Positions 9,692 through 20,196 of a DNA stretch of 50,683 nt are shown here, in pieces. The notes beneath the pieces were generated by a model. The model was not told where the DNA came from, did not search any database, and saw nothing but the letters and a program-made list of their open reading frames with translations. The position numbers and the translations under genes were made by a program. Within the stretch, counting starts at the first letter, position 1; the number at the start of each line of letters is the position of its first letter. The DNA is taken from the NCBI RefSeq assembly GCF_012837295.1, contig NZ_DURI01000373.1, positions 1-50,683 of the forward strand, written 5' to 3'. Origin of the DNA: Corynebacterium sp. GTDB taxonomy: Bacteria > Actinomycetota > Actinomycetes > Mycobacteriales > Mycobacteriaceae.

Positions 9692-10606
9692 ATGCGGATC
9701 ATCCCCAACATCTGGTGCGACGGCACGGCCCTCGAGGCGGCCGAGTTTTACGCGGGCATCTTCCGGGAGGGGGCGATCACGAAGATCGTCACCTACCCCG
9801 AGGAAGGGCTCCCCGACTTCCAGGCCAACATGGCCGGTCGGCCGTTGACCGTGGACGTCGAAATCCACGGCAGGCCCCTGACCCTCATCAACGCCGGTCC
9901 GGAATTCCGGCCGAATCATTCGATCAGCTTCCTGCTCAACTTCGACCCGGCGGCGTTCGGCGATGACGGAGACGACGTCGCCAAGCGAGCGGACCTGGCC
10001 CGGGAGTACCTGGACGAGGTCCACGACGCGTTGATCGACGGCGGCGAGTCGATGATGGAGCTCGGCGAGTATCCGCACAGCCCCCGCTACGCGTGGATTC
10101 GCGACCGCTACGGCGTGACCTGGCAGCTGATGCTGACCGATCCGGAGGGCGAGCCGCGGCCGTTCCTCGCGCCGTCGTTCATGTTCGGCGGCGAGAACCA
10201 GGACAAGGCGCGTGAGGCGACCGACTTCTGGATCGGCGTCTTGTCGGACGCGGGCGCGGAGGACACCGCCCGGGGCGCCCTCGTCGAGTACGACCACGGC
10301 GCCGTCATGTTCACCGACTTCCGTCTGGCCGGAGAGTGGTTTGCGGCGATGGACTCCGCGGTCCCGCAGGACACCGCATTTAACGAGGGGATCTCGCTCC
10401 TCGTCGAGTGCCGGCCCGGCGAGCAGCTCGACCGCGTGTGGGACGCGCTGTCGTCGGATCCCGCCGCCGAGCAGTGCGGCTGGTGCAAGGACCGCTACGG
10501 CCTGTCCTGGCAGGTCGTGCCCGACACGATGGACGAGCTGATGACGCGTCCGGGCGCCTACGAGAAGATGATGTCGATGAAGAAAATCGATCCCGACGGG
10601 TTCTGA
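9692..10606 (+). CDS. VOC/PhnB (3-dmu-9_3-mt) family protein with two tandem domains
   Basis: IIPNIW..AAEFY, LINAGPEF, DRYGVTWQL and a second-domain EQCGWCKDRYGLSWQVVP. Confidence 0.88.
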   Translation: MRIIPNIWCDGTALEAAEFYAGIFREGAITKIVTYPEEGLPDFQANMAGRPLTVDVEIHGRPLTLINAGPEFRPNHSISFLLNFDPAAFGDDGDDVAKRADLAREYLDEVHDALIDGGESMMELGEYPHSPRYAWIRDRYGVTWQLMLTDPEGEPRPFLAPSFMFGGENQDKAREATDFWIGVLSDAGAEDTARGALVEYDHGAVMFTDFRLAGEWFAAMDSAVPQDTAFNEGISLLVECRPGEQLDRVWDALSSDPAAEQCGWCKDRYGLSWQVVPDTMDELMTRPGAYEKMMSMKKIDPDGF

Positions 10607-10686
10607 CCCGCGTCATCGTCGATCGGCACCGGTGCCGTCACGTCGGCGGAACATCCCGGAAACGCTTCATTTGTAGTGTGGGCCAC

Positions 10687-12192
10687 ATGACCATCAGCGT
10701 CGTGGACCTGTTCAGCATCGGCATCGGGCCATCGTCGTCGCACACCGTAGGCCCGATGCGGGCGGCGTCGAAGTTCATCTCCGGGCTGCCGCCGGCATTC
10801 CTCGGCGAGCCGCATGACTCCCCGGCCGGTTCGCGTGACGACGGCCCGGCGCCCACCTTCACCACCGGATCCCCGCGGTTCACCGTCGACGTCGAGTTGC
10901 GCGGATCGCTCGCCGCGACGGGCAGGGGCCACGGCACGGATCGCGCCGTGCTGCTGGGACTGGCCGGACACGACCCGGAGACGGTCCCGCCGGACGCGGA
11001 ACCCCCGCCCGGTGCGAGGGTGCCGGAGGAAGGCACGGTCGAGAAGACGGCGGACGGTGGCCGACACTTTTCCTACCGGGTCACATTCGACGCGGAGGAA
11101 ATCGAGGGCCACCCCAACGGCATGGTCTTCACCGCCCGCCGCGGCGATGAGGAGTTCACCCAAGAATGGTTCTCGGTGGGCGGCGGTTTCGTCTTGTCCG
11201 GCGAGGAAATCGCGGCCCGCGGCAATGGCCCGGCCGGGTTGGGCGCGGGCGCGTCGACGACCGGGCGGAGCGGGACGATCCCCCACCCCTTCACCACGGG
11301 CGACGAGCTGCTCGAACACTGCGAACGCGGGGGCCTCGATGTCTCGGACGTCTTGGCCGCCAATGAAGCCGCGCTTCACGGTGACTACGAAATCGTCGAA
11401 AAGCACTTGGACGCGGTGTGGTCGACCATGCGCTCGTGCATCGACGCGGGCGTCGGCGCCGGCGTCGACGTCCCGGACGCCAATGGCGGCATCCTTCCTG
11501 GCGGACTCGGCGTGCGGCGACGGGCTCCCGAACTGCACCGGCAGCTCATGGGCATGCGGTCCGATGAAAAGCCGGATCCGCTGGCGGCCATGGAATGGGT
11601 GAACCTGTGGGCGTTGGCGGTCAACGAGGAGAACGCCGCCGGCGGACGCGTCGTGACCGCCCCGACGAATGGTGCCGCGGGCATCGTGCCGGCGGTCATG
11701 CGCTACGCGCACGAGTACGTCACCGGGTTCACTCCCCAGGCGGCTCACCGCTTCCTCCTCGCGGCCGGCGCGATCGGGATCGTGGTGAAGGAGAACGCGT
11801 CGATCTCCGGCGCCGAAGTCGGGTGCCAGGGCGAAGTCGGCTCGGCGGCCGCGATGGCCGCCGCCGGATTGTGCGAGGTTTTGGGCGGCGATCCCCGCCA
11901 GGTGGAAAACGCCGCGGAGATCGCCCTCGAACACAACCTGGGCCTGACGTGCGATCCCGTGGGCGGTCTCGTCCAGATTCCCTGCATCGAGCGCAACGCC
12001 GTGGCGGCCGTGCAGGCGATCAACGCCGCGAGGTTGGCCAGGCTGGGCGACGGCGACCATGCCGTCACCCTCGATGAAGTGGTGGAGACGATGGCGGCCA
12101 CCGGCCGTGACATGATGACCAAGTACAAGGAGACGTCCACGGGCGGCCTCGCCGTGGCACTGCAGATGCCCGTGAACAGGACGGCGTGCTGA
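10687..12192 (+). CDS. sdaA: L-serine dehydratase (Fe-S, fused alpha/beta)
   Basis: [72 protein letters not shown]. Confidence 0.96.
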   Translation: MTISVVDLFSIGIGPSSSHTVGPMRAASKFISGLPPAFLGEPHDSPAGSRDDGPAPTFTTGSPRFTVDVELRGSLAATGRGHGTDRAVLLGLAGHDPETVPPDAEPPPGARVPEEGTVEKTADGGRHFSYRVTFDAEEIEGHPNGMVFTARRGDEEFTQEWFSVGGGFVLSGEEIAARGNGPAGLGAGASTTGRSGTIPHPFTTGDELLEHCERGGLDVSDVLAANEAALHGDYEIVEKHLDAVWSTMRSCIDAGVGAGVDVPDANGGILPGGLGVRRRAPELHRQLMGMRSDEKPDPLAAMEWVNLWALAVNEENAAGGRVVTAPTNGAAGIVPAVMRYAHEYVTGFTPQAAHRFLLAAGAIGIVVKENASISGAEVGCQGEVGSAAAMAAAGLCEVLGGDPRQVENAAEIALEHNLGLTCDPVGGLVQIPCIERNAVAAVQAINAARLARLGDGDHAVTLDEVVETMAATGRDMMTKYKETSTGGLAVALQMPVNRTAC

Positions 12193-12196
12193 TCAG

Positions 12197-12556
12197 ATGC
12201 CGGTCCCGATCCCCCGAATCATCGCCGCTTCCGGTCTGGCCGCCCTCGGCTTGTTCCAGACGGGCCTCGCGGCGGGCATTCCGTGGGGCGAAGCCTCGTA
12301 CGGCGGCGCCCATCGCGGCACGCTTCCGGACCGGTTGCGGGCGACCAGCGCCGTCGCCGCGCCCGTCTATCTCACCGCAGCCGGAGTCGTCGGAAAGGGA
12401 GCGGCGCCGCGGGCCTTGCTCGGCGCCATCGCCGGCATCATGGGCGTCGCCGTGATCCCGAACCTTGCCTCGCCGTCCCCGAAGGAACGGCTCTGGGCGC
12501 CGGTGTGCGCGGCAATTGCCGTCGCCTCGGCGATGGAACTGCGGCGCACCGACTAG
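12197..12556 (+). CDS. Small hypothetical membrane protein
   Basis: Starts 4 nt after the sdaA stop. Hydrophobic segments with GxPWG..YGG and N..SPS..ER.W patterns. Confidence 0.7.
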   Translation: MPVPIPRIIAASGLAALGLFQTGLAAGIPWGEASYGGAHRGTLPDRLRATSAVAAPVYLTAAGVVGKGAAPRALLGAIAGIMGVAVIPNLASPSPKERLWAPVCAAIAVASAMELRRTD

Positions 12557-12598
12557 ACCGGTGAGCGCGAAGGTGAGCGCGCGGCTTGGCCCGCGTTC

Positions 12599-13888
12599 CT
12601 ACTGATTCAGGCGCGCCTGCAGCTGGGCGACGACGTCGTCAAGCTTGACCGCGTCCTGCTCGTGAGCGGTCAAGTCCTTGAGCTGGACCTCGCCCGCCGC
12701 GAGCTCGGACTCGCCGAGCACCAGCGCAAAGCGGGCGCCGGCGCGGTCGGCGCCCTTCATCGCGCCCTTGAGGCCGCGGCCGCCGTAGGACATGTCGGAG
12801 CTGATCCCCGCATCGCGGAGCTTGCCGACGAGCACCGCCATCGCACGCGAGGCGTCCTCGCCCAGCGCCACGCCGTAGACGTCGACGCGGCGCTCGTCGC
12901 CGAAGGTCTTGCCCTCGGTCTCCAGCGCCAGCAGGGCGCGGTCGACGCCGAGGCCGAAGCCGATGCCCGACAGCTCCTGGCCGCCGAGCTGCGCCATCAG
13001 GCCGTCGTAGCGCCCGCCGCCGCCGATGCCGGACTGCGCGCCCAGGCCATCGTGGACGAACTCGAAGCAGGTCTTGGTGTAGTAATCCAGGCCGCGGACC
13101 ATGCGCGGGTTGATCACGTACTCGACGCCCATGTCGTCGAGGAGGCCGGTCACGGTCTCGAAGTGGGTGCGGCATTCGTCCGACAGGTGGTCGAGCATGA
13201 GCGGCGCGTCGGCGGTCATCTCCTTGACCTCCGGGCGCTTGTCGTCGAGCACGCGCAGCGGGTTGAGCTCGGCGCGGCGGCGGGTCTCCTCGTCCAGCGG
13301 CAGGCCGAAGAGGAAGTCCTGGAGCTTCCGGCGGTACTCGGGGCGGCAGGAATCGTCGCCCAGCGAGGTCAGCTCCAGGCGGTGGCCGGTCAGGCCGATG
13401 CCGCGGAACGACGCGTCGGCCAGGGCCACGACCTCGGCGTCCAGGGCCGGATCATCGACTCCGATCGCCTCGACGCCGACCTGCTGCAGCTGGCGGTACC
13501 GGCCGGCCTGCGGGCGCTCGTAGCGGAAGAACGGGCCGGCGTAGGACAGCTTCACCGGCAGCTGGCCCCGGTCGAGGTTGTGCTCGATGACGGCGCGCAT
13601 GACGCCGGCGGTGCCCTCCGGGCGCAGCGTCACGGACCGGTCGCCGCGGTCGGCGAAGGTGTACATCTCCTTCGACACCACGTCGGTCGACTCGCCCACG
13701 CCGCGGGCGAACAGGCCGGTGTCCTCGAAGACGGGCAGCTCGATGTGCTCGTAGCCCGCCAGGCGGGCGCGATGCTGCAGGTAACCGCGCACGGCCTCGA
13801 AGGCGCGGGAGTTCGGCGGAACGTAGTCCGGAACGCCCTTCGGCGCGGTGAAGGGGCGGATCTTCTGCTTCTTCTGCTGCTCGGTCAC
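12599..13888 (-). CDS. hisS: Histidine--tRNA ligase
   Basis: [44 protein letters not shown]. Confidence 0.98.
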   Translation of the reverse strand: MTEQQKKQKIRPFTAPKGVPDYVPPNSRAFEAVRGYLQHRARLAGYEHIELPVFEDTGLFARGVGESTDVVSKEMYTFADRGDRSVTLRPEGTAGVMRAVIEHNLDRGQLPVKLSYAGPFFRYERPQAGRYRQLQQVGVEAIGVDDPALDAEVVALADASFRGIGLTGHRLELTSLGDDSCRPEYRRKLQDFLFGLPLDEETRRRAELNPLRVLDDKRPEVKEMTADAPLMLDHLSDECRTHFETVTGLLDDMGVEYVINPRMVRGLDYYTKTCFEFVHDGLGAQSGIGGGGRYDGLMAQLGGQELSGIGFGLGVDRALLALETEGKTFGDERRVDVYGVALGEDASRAMAVLVGKLRDAGISSDMSYGGRGLKGAMKGADRAGARFALVLGESELAAGEVQLKDLTAHEQDAVKLDDVVAQLQARLNQ

Positions 13889-13898
13889 CCGGGCAACC

Positions 13899-14582
13899 TT
13901 ACTTCACCTGCGCGAGGAACGGATTATGGGCCTTCTCCCGGCCGATCGTCGACGTCGGACCGTGGCCCGGCAGGATGGTCAGGTCGTCGTCGAGGGGAAG
14001 GACGCGGTTCTTCAGCGAGTCCATCATGTCCTGCGGGTCGGCGCCGGGCAGATCCGTGCGGCCGATGGAACCGGCGAAGAGCACGTCGCCGGAGAACACG
14101 ATCTCGTCGCCGCCGTCGAACGCGCGCAGCATGACGCATCCCGGCGAGTGCCCCGGCGCGTGGATGACCTCGAACGCCAGACCCGCGAACTTGACCTCCT
14201 CGCCGTCGTCGAGGTCGTGGATGTCCGTCGGCGGCACCATCTCGGCGACGTTGAACATCTTGCCCAGGCTCAGGCCCGCGCCGATCAGCGGATTGTCCAG
14301 CATGAAGCGGTCATGCGGGCTGATGTACACGGGAATCCCCCACTCGCGGGACACGTCGCCGACGTCGCGGGTGTGGTCGATGTGCCCATGCGTCAGCAGC
14401 ACGGCCTCGGGCTTGAGGTTGCGTTGCTCGCACTCCGCCTTCAGCCGCCCCAGCGCGTCCATGCCCGGGTCGATGATGACCACGGGGATCGGGCCGTCGG
14501 CCGCGTCGCCTTCCATCGAATGGCCGGTGGCGACGTAGCAGTTGGTCTCGAGCGGACCGGAGGGGAAGCCGATGATCTCCAT
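13899..14582 (-). CDS. Metallo-beta-lactamase-fold hydrolase (glyoxalase II-like)
   Basis: [28 protein letters not shown] and PGHG motifs. Conserved position next to hisS. Confidence 0.92.
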   Translation of the reverse strand: MEIIGFPSGPLETNCYVATGHSMEGDAADGPIPVVIIDPGMDALGRLKAECEQRNLKPEAVLLTHGHIDHTRDVGDVSREWGIPVYISPHDRFMLDNPLIGAGLSLGKMFNVAEMVPPTDIHDLDDGEEVKFAGLAFEVIHAPGHSPGCVMLRAFDGGDEIVFSGDVLFAGSIGRTDLPGADPQDMMDSLKNRVLPLDDDLTILPGHGPTSTIGREKAHNPFLAQVK

Positions 14583-14825
14583 GGGACTCCAATCTGGGAG
14601 GGATCGGTGACGCGGTGTGCGGGCGCGCGCATCCTCGGGCGCGCAGTGTTTCGTCGAACATACTACTTGCCGCGGATTCGCCCCGAATCCGTTCCGGATC
14701 CGACCCGAATGTCCCTCGCCCGCACGGCCCCGTTCCCCACGCGGAGGCCTTCGCAGGGCATAATGTTCTGCTGGACGTCACGCCAGATGTCACGCGAGAC
14801 CGGTACACGATCGAAAGAGGCAACC

Positions 14826-15662
14826 GTGCAGGGCAATGAACAGCGACGCCGCGAGGCGATGAAGAACCTGGAGCGCGAGCTCGGCCGCCGCGACCGTGCG
14901 GAGAAGGCCAAGCCATTGGGCGTCGTGGTCACCACCCTGGCCATCCTGGTCGTCCTGGTCGGCGGCATTTGGTTCCTGACCACCATGGGCGACGACGAGG
15001 AAGACGTCACCGCCAGCGAGACGGAGACCACCTCGCCGGAGCTGACCCCGCTGGCCATGGCCCGCGCCGAGGCGCTCCCCGACACCGTCACCTGCGAATA
15101 CCCGGCCGGCGGCGGCGAGGCGGCCAAGGACGTCTCCACCCCGAAGACCGACGGCATCGCCACCACCGGCACCGTCACGGTCACGCTGAAGACCAACCAT
15201 GGCGACGTGCCCATGGAGCTCGACCGCTCCATGTCCCCCTGCGCGGTCAACGCCATCGAGCACCTGGCCAAGGAGGGCTACTACAACGACACGGTCTGCC
15301 ACCGCATGACTTCCGGCGGCCTCAACGTCCTGCAGTGCGGCGACCCGTCCGGCTCCGGCGCCGGCGGCCCGGGCTTCACCTTCAAGGACGAGTACCCGGT
15401 CGACGAGGCCGACGCCGCGTCCTCCGTCGTCTACCCCGAGGGCTCCATCGCGATGGCCAACTCCGGCCCGGACACCAACGGTTCGCAGTTCTTCCTCAAC
15501 TACGGTGACGGCCAGCTCCAGCCGTCCTACTCGGTCCTGGGCACCATGACGCCGGAGGGCCTGGACGTGGTCAAGGGCATCTCCGAGAAGGGCATCGAGG
15601 GCGGCCAGCTCGACGGCAAGCCCGCCGAAGAGGTCCGCATCGAGTCCGCCACGGTCTCCTAG
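14826..15662 (+). CDS. ppiB: Membrane-anchored cyclophilin-type peptidyl-prolyl isomerase
   Basis: GTG start after AAAGAGG. One TM, then CHR, LQCGDPSGSGAGGPG and AMANSGPDTNGSQFF. Confidence 0.93.
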   Translation: MQGNEQRRREAMKNLERELGRRDRAEKAKPLGVVVTTLAILVVLVGGIWFLTTMGDDEEDVTASETETTSPELTPLAMARAEALPDTVTCEYPAGGGEAAKDVSTPKTDGIATTGTVTVTLKTNHGDVPMELDRSMSPCAVNAIEHLAKEGYYNDTVCHRMTSGGLNVLQCGDPSGSGAGGPGFTFKDEYPVDEADAASSVVYPEGSIAMANSGPDTNGSQFFLNYGDGQLQPSYSVLGTMTPEGLDVVKGISEKGIEGGQLDGKPAEEVRIESATVS

Positions 15663-15716
15663 ACCCTCGCGGCACGGCGCCGGCTCGTCCCCGGCGCTTG
15701 AAGCTTCACGACGGCC

Positions 15717-15751
15717 ACCGGCCCCGCACATCACTGTGCGGGGCCGGTTTT
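15717..15751 (+). terminator. Intrinsic terminator between convergent ppiB and rel
   Basis: ACCGGCCCCGCACA-TCAC-TGTGCGGGGCCGGT followed by TTT. Confidence 0.85.
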
Positions 15752-15797
15752 CGTCGTCACGCAAAGGCGCGCGAACGTGGCGCGGAGGTGAAGCGCC

Positions 15798-18059
15798 CTA
15801 CCCTCCGCTGGTGACGCGGAAGACGTCGTAGACGCCCTCGATGCCGCGCAACACGGAGATGATGTAGCCGAGTTGCTTGATGTCCGAGACCTCGAACGTG
15901 AAGCGCATGACCGCCACGCGATCCTCCGCGGTGTGCGAGGAAGTCGCGATGATGGGCACCTTCTGCTCGCTGATCGTGCGGGTGATCTCCGAGAGCAGAC
16001 CGTGGCGGTCCAGGGCCTCGATCTGCACCGTGACGGTGAAGACCGCTCCGGAGGAGTCGCTGGCCCACTCGACGTCGATGAGGCGCTCCGGCTCTTCCTT
16101 GAGCTTCGCGGCGTTCGTGCAGTCGGTGCGGTGGACGCTGACCCCGCCGCCGCGGGTGACGAAACCGAAGATCTCGTCGCCCGGCACCGGGGTGCAGCAC
16201 TTGGCCAGCTTCGCCATCATGTCCGCCGAACCGGCCACCAGGACGCCGGCGCCGTCGGCGCGGCGGCGCTTCTCCGGGGCCTGCAGCTTCGACAGCGGCG
16301 TCCGCGCGGCGAGCTGATCCTCGGCGTCGTCCTTGCTGGAGAACTGCGCCATGAGGCGGTTGGTGACGTGCTTGGCGCCCACCGTGCCCTCGCCGATGGC
16401 CGTGTACAGCGCGTCGACGTCGGCGAAATTGAGCTCCGAGGCGATCTGCTTCATCGTCTGCGGCGTGAACAGGCGGTGCATGGGCAGGCCGCCGCGCTGG
16501 ACCTCCGCGGCCAGGGCGTCGCGGCCGGCGTCGAGCGCCTCCTCGCGGCGTTCCTTGGCGAACCACTGGCGGATCTTCGCCTTGGCGCGCGGGGACTTCA
16601 CGAACGACGCCCAGTCCTTCGACGGGCCCGAATGCTGGTCCTTGGAGGTGAACACCTCCACCCGGTCGCCGGTCTTCAGCGCCGATTCAAGGGCCACGAG
16701 CTTGCCGTTGACCTTCGCGCCGATGCAGCGGTGGCCGATCTCCGTGTGAACCGCGTAGGCGAAGTCCACGGGGGTCGCGTCCATGGGCAGCGTCATGACG
16801 TCGCCCTTGGGCGTGAACACGAATATCTCGTTCGAGGCGAGGTCGTAGCGCAGCGAATCGAGGAACTCGTTGGGGTCCGCGGCCTCCCGCTGCCAGTCGA
16901 GCAGCTGGCGCATCCACGCCATCTGGTCGACCTCGGCGGCGTCGCCCTTGTGCGAGCCCTTCGTCTCCTTGTACCGCCAATGCGCCGCGATGCCGTACTC
17001 GGCGTTGTAGTGCATCTCGTGCGTGCGGATCTGCACCTCCAGGGCGTTGCCGCCCGGGCCGATCACCGTGGTGTGCAGCGACTGGTAGACGCCGAAGCGC
17101 GGGGCCGAGATGTAGTCCTTGAAACGGCCCGGCATCGGCTGGTACAGCGAATGCACCGCGCCCATGGCGGCATAGCAGTCCTTCGTGGTGTCCACGAGGA
17201 CGCGGATGCCCACCAGGTCGAAGATCTCGTCGAAGTCGTGTCCGCGGACGATCATCTTCTGATAGATCGACCAATAGTGCTTCGGCCGGCCCATGACGGT
17301 GGCCTCGATGTGCGCGTCGCGCAGATCGGCGGTGACCCCGTCGGAAACCTGCTTCAGGTACCGGTCGCGCTGCGGCGCGCGGTCGGCGACCAAGCGGACG
17401 ATTTCGTCGTACTTCTTCGGATAGAGGATGGCGAAGGACAGGTCCTCCAGCTCCCACTTCACGCTGGCCATGCCCAGCCGGTGCGCCAGCGGGGCGATGA
17501 CCTCGAGGGTCTCGCGGGCCTTCTTCGCCTGCTTCTCCGGCGGCAGGAAGCGCATGGTGCGCATGTTGTGCAGGCGGTCGCAGACCTTGATCACCAGCAC
17601 GCGCGGGTCCTGGCTCATGGCCACGACCATCTTGCGCACGGTCTCGCCCTCTGCGGCGGAACCCAGCGCGACCTTGTCCAGCTTGGTCACCCCGTCGACC
17701 AGCCGCGCGACCTCCGGCCCGAAGTCCCCGGTGAGATCATCGAGGGAGTAGTCGGTGTCTTCCACCGTGTCGTGGAGCAGAGCGGCGACCAGCGTCGTGG
17801 TGTCCATGCCGATTTCCGCGGCGATGGTGGCCACGGCCAGCGGGTGCGTGATGTACGGCTCCCCCGACTTCCGCTTGACGCCCTCGTGGAGCTTCTCGGC
17901 GATGTCGTAGGCCTTCTGCAGCTGCGACAGATCGGCGCGCGGATGCACCTCGCGATGGATCGCCACCAGCGGATCCAGCACCGGGTTGACCTTCGTGCGG
18001 GCCCCCGTGAGGCTCCGGGCCAGGCGTGCGCCGTAGCGGCGCGGCGACCGATCAGCCAT
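15798..18059 (-). CDS. rel: Bifunctional (p)ppGpp synthetase/hydrolase Rel
   Basis: [13 protein letters not shown] motif [16 protein letters not shown], synthetase RFKD and EVQIRT, then TGS, CC and ACT domains. Start at ATG 18059 overlapping the apt stop. Confidence 0.97.
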   Translation of the reverse strand: MADRSPRRYGARLARSLTGARTKVNPVLDPLVAIHREVHPRADLSQLQKAYDIAEKLHEGVKRKSGEPYITHPLAVATIAAEIGMDTTTLVAALLHDTVEDTDYSLDDLTGDFGPEVARLVDGVTKLDKVALGSAAEGETVRKMVVAMSQDPRVLVIKVCDRLHNMRTMRFLPPEKQAKKARETLEVIAPLAHRLGMASVKWELEDLSFAILYPKKYDEIVRLVADRAPQRDRYLKQVSDGVTADLRDAHIEATVMGRPKHYWSIYQKMIVRGHDFDEIFDLVGIRVLVDTTKDCYAAMGAVHSLYQPMPGRFKDYISAPRFGVYQSLHTTVIGPGGNALEVQIRTHEMHYNAEYGIAAHWRYKETKGSHKGDAAEVDQMAWMRQLLDWQREAADPNEFLDSLRYDLASNEIFVFTPKGDVMTLPMDATPVDFAYAVHTEIGHRCIGAKVNGKLVALESALKTGDRVEVFTSKDQHSGPSKDWASFVKSPRAKAKIRQWFAKERREEALDAGRDALAAEVQRGGLPMHRLFTPQTMKQIASELNFADVDALYTAIGEGTVGAKHVTNRLMAQFSSKDDAEDQLAARTPLSKLQAPEKRRRADGAGVLVAGSADMMAKLAKCCTPVPGDEIFGFVTRGGGVSVHRTDCTNAAKLKEEPERLIDVEWASDSSGAVFTVTVQIEALDRHGLLSEITRTISEQKVPIIATSSHTAEDRVAVMRFTFEVSDIKQLGYIISVLRGIEGVYDVFRVTSGG

Positions 18060-18678
18060 TCTCCGCCCCAGAAACGGAATCGACGGCCACGCCGGAATCG
18101 GAAGCGGGATCCGAGACGGAGAAGGAGCCGGCATCGGTGTCGGAGTCTTCGTTGACCACGTACAGCGGCAGGTCGGACAGCTTCTCGCGGCCGCCCAGGC
18201 CGGGCACCTCGAGGACGGCGCACAGGCCGGTGACCTCGGCGCCGCACTTCTCCAGCAGCGCTCGGGCCGCCGCCATGGTGCCGCCGGTGGCCAGGACGTC
18301 GTCGACGAGGACGACGCGCTTGCCCTCGAGGTCCAGCCCCGAGGCCGGGATCTCCAGCGCCGCCGACCCGTACTCGAGGTCGTAGGACTCGGTGTGCACC
18401 GGCGGGGGCAGCTTGCCCTTCTTGCGGACGGCCAACACGCCCAGGCCCATGCGGTACGCCACGGCGGAACCGATGAGGAACCCTCGGGCGTCGAGGCCGC
18501 CGATCACGTCGGCCCCGAACCCCGTGCACGCATCCGCGACCTCATCGACGATGAGGCGGAACCCCTCGGGATCCGCGAGCACCGGGGTCAGGTCCTCGAA
18601 GAGGACGCCGTCGGTCGGAAAATCGGGCACCAGACGGATCAAATCGTCCAGCGCGGCCCGCGCATTTTCATATCCCAC
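18052..18678 (-). CDS. apt: Adenine phosphoribosyltransferase
   Basis: [22 protein letters not shown] and [17 protein letters not shown] motif. GTG start at 18678. Confidence 0.95.
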   Translation of the reverse strand: MGYENARAALDDLIRLVPDFPTDGVLFEDLTPVLADPEGFRLIVDEVADACTGFGADVIGGLDARGFLIGSAVAYRMGLGVLAVRKKGKLPPPVHTESYDLEYGSAALEIPASGLDLEGKRVVLVDDVLATGGTMAAARALLEKCGAEVTGLCAVLEVPGLGGREKLSDLPLYVVNEDSDTDAGSFSVSDPASDSGVAVDSVSGAENG

Positions 18679-18796
18679 GGGGATCCTCGCTTTCAGGGAA
18701 ACGGGAGCAAGACGCAACCACTAGGCGTTGTCGCGACAACGTTACCCTCATCTTTCCACGCTTCGTGCACGCCGAGGGCACCGGCCCGGTCACGCG

Positions 18797-18837
18797 AAAA
18801 CGCCCGCCCGGAAAGCACGGTGCTCTCCGGGCGGGCG
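18797..18837 (-). terminator. Terminator after secF
   Basis: CGCCCGCCCGGA...TCCGGGCGGGCG stem with AAAA on the + strand side (U-tract on the minus strand). Confidence 0.75.
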
Positions 18838-18858
18838 CGATGGTTCGCGGGCGTCAGG

Positions 18859-20196
18859 TCATCGACCCGGCCGCCAGGTCGACGGGCGCGGGGCGTCTCC
18901 CCCATCGGCGATGTCGTCGGCCGCGCCCGGAGTCCGCGGCGCCTTCTTCTCCGGCGTCTTCTGCTCGGGCACTGTCGTCTCCGACGCAGTCGCACCGCGG
19001 GTGGGCGGCGTCGGCGTCGCGATCGACCTGCGGGCCGGGGCCGGTGCCGCGGCGGCAGCGTCGTCAAGCGAATCGTCCGCATCCGGCGCAATGCCGTCCT
19101 CGTCCGGGCCACCGAAGCCCGGGGCCGTGCCCGCGGCGCGCGCGTCGGCGACCTTGCGGTCGTGTGCGATGTAGTCCTTCTGCCTGCGCTTCAGCGACAC
19201 CAGGAAAGACGCCGCCAGGAAGATCGACGAGAACGTGCCCTGGACGATGCCGATGACCTGCACCAGCGCCAGGTCCTTCAGCGTGCCCACGCCGAGCAGG
19301 CCGACGGCGATGACCATCAGCGCGATGATCGGCAGCAGCGACGACACCGTGGTGTTGATCGAGCGCATGATCGTCTGGTTGACCGCCAGATTCACCTGCT
19401 CGGAGTACGTGCGGCGCGTCGACTGCCGGAAACCGGCGGTGTTCTCGCGGACCTTGTCGAAGACGACGACGGTGTCGTACAGCGAGAAGGACAGCACGGT
19501 GAGCAGGCCGATGACGGTGGCCGGGGTGACCTCGAAACCGACCAGCGAGTAGATGCCGGCGATGACGACGCCGTCGATGGCCAGCGCGCCGATCGCCGCG
19601 ATGGCCATGTCCCGCTCGAAGCGGAACGCGATGTACGCGAAGACCAGGGCCAGGAACACGGCCATCGCCAGGATCATGCGCTCGGTGACCGCACCGCCCC
19701 AGGACTCGGAGACGGTGGAGTCGCCGATGGCGTCCGGCGTGGCCTCGCCCGAGGCGTCGACCGGCCGGAACTCCTCGTAGAGCGCCATGCGGGCCTCGTT
19801 GATGGTGTCCTCGCCGATGCGCTCGGAGGTGATCTCCAGGACGCGGGCGTCGCCGGAGCCGATGATCTGCACCAGCTTCGGCTCGACGCCGGTGGCCTCC
19901 TCGAAGACCTCCTGCGCCTGCTCCTCGGTGACGCCGGCGGGCGGCATGGTCATGCGGGTGCCGCCCTCGAAATCGATGCCCAGCGCGAAACCGCGGAAGG
20001 CCATCGCGGCGATGCACACCAGCAGGACCACCGCGGTGATGCCGTACCAGGTGCGTCGCTTGCCGATGACGTCGATGCCACCGGAACCCGTGTAGAGGCG
20101 CGTGAAGAAGCCGCGGTCGGCGACCGCCCGGTCGCGCTCGTCGACGGCGATGGCGGAATCGGTGAGTGCGGTGTCTCGGTTGTCCGACATGGTCAC
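18859..20196 (-). CDS. secF: Protein translocase subunit SecF
   Basis: LGIDFEGG, SLYDTVVVFDKVREN, RSINT. Start is GTG 20196 (overlaps secD stop) or ATG 20190. Confidence 0.95.
   Translation of the reverse strand: MTMSDNRDTALTDSAIAVDERDRAVADRGFFTRLYTGSGGIDVIGKRRTWYGITAVVLLVCIAAMAFRGFALGIDFEGGTRMTMPPAGVTEEQAQEVFEEATGVEPKLVQIIGSGDARVLEITSERIGEDTINEARMALYEEFRPVDASGEATPDAIGDSTVSESWGGAVTERMILAMAVFLALVFAYIAFRFERDMAIAAIGALAIDGVVIAGIYSLVGFEVTPATVIGLLTVLSFSLYDTVVVFDKVRENTAGFRQSTRRTYSEQVNLAVNQTIMRSINTTVSSLLPIIALMVIAVGLLGVGTLKDLALVQVIGIVQGTFSSIFLAASFLVSLKRRQKDYIAHDRKVADARAAGTAPGFGGPDEDGIAPDADDSLDDAAAAAPAPARRSIATPTPPTRGATASETTVPEQKTPEKKAPRTPGAADDIADGGDAPRPSTWRPGR

Noticed and set aside
14654-14669. TCGAACATAC... 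as an SOS box between the MBL hydrolase and ppiB
   Set aside because: Only one half-site matches. The right half (TACTTG) does not resemble GTTCGA.
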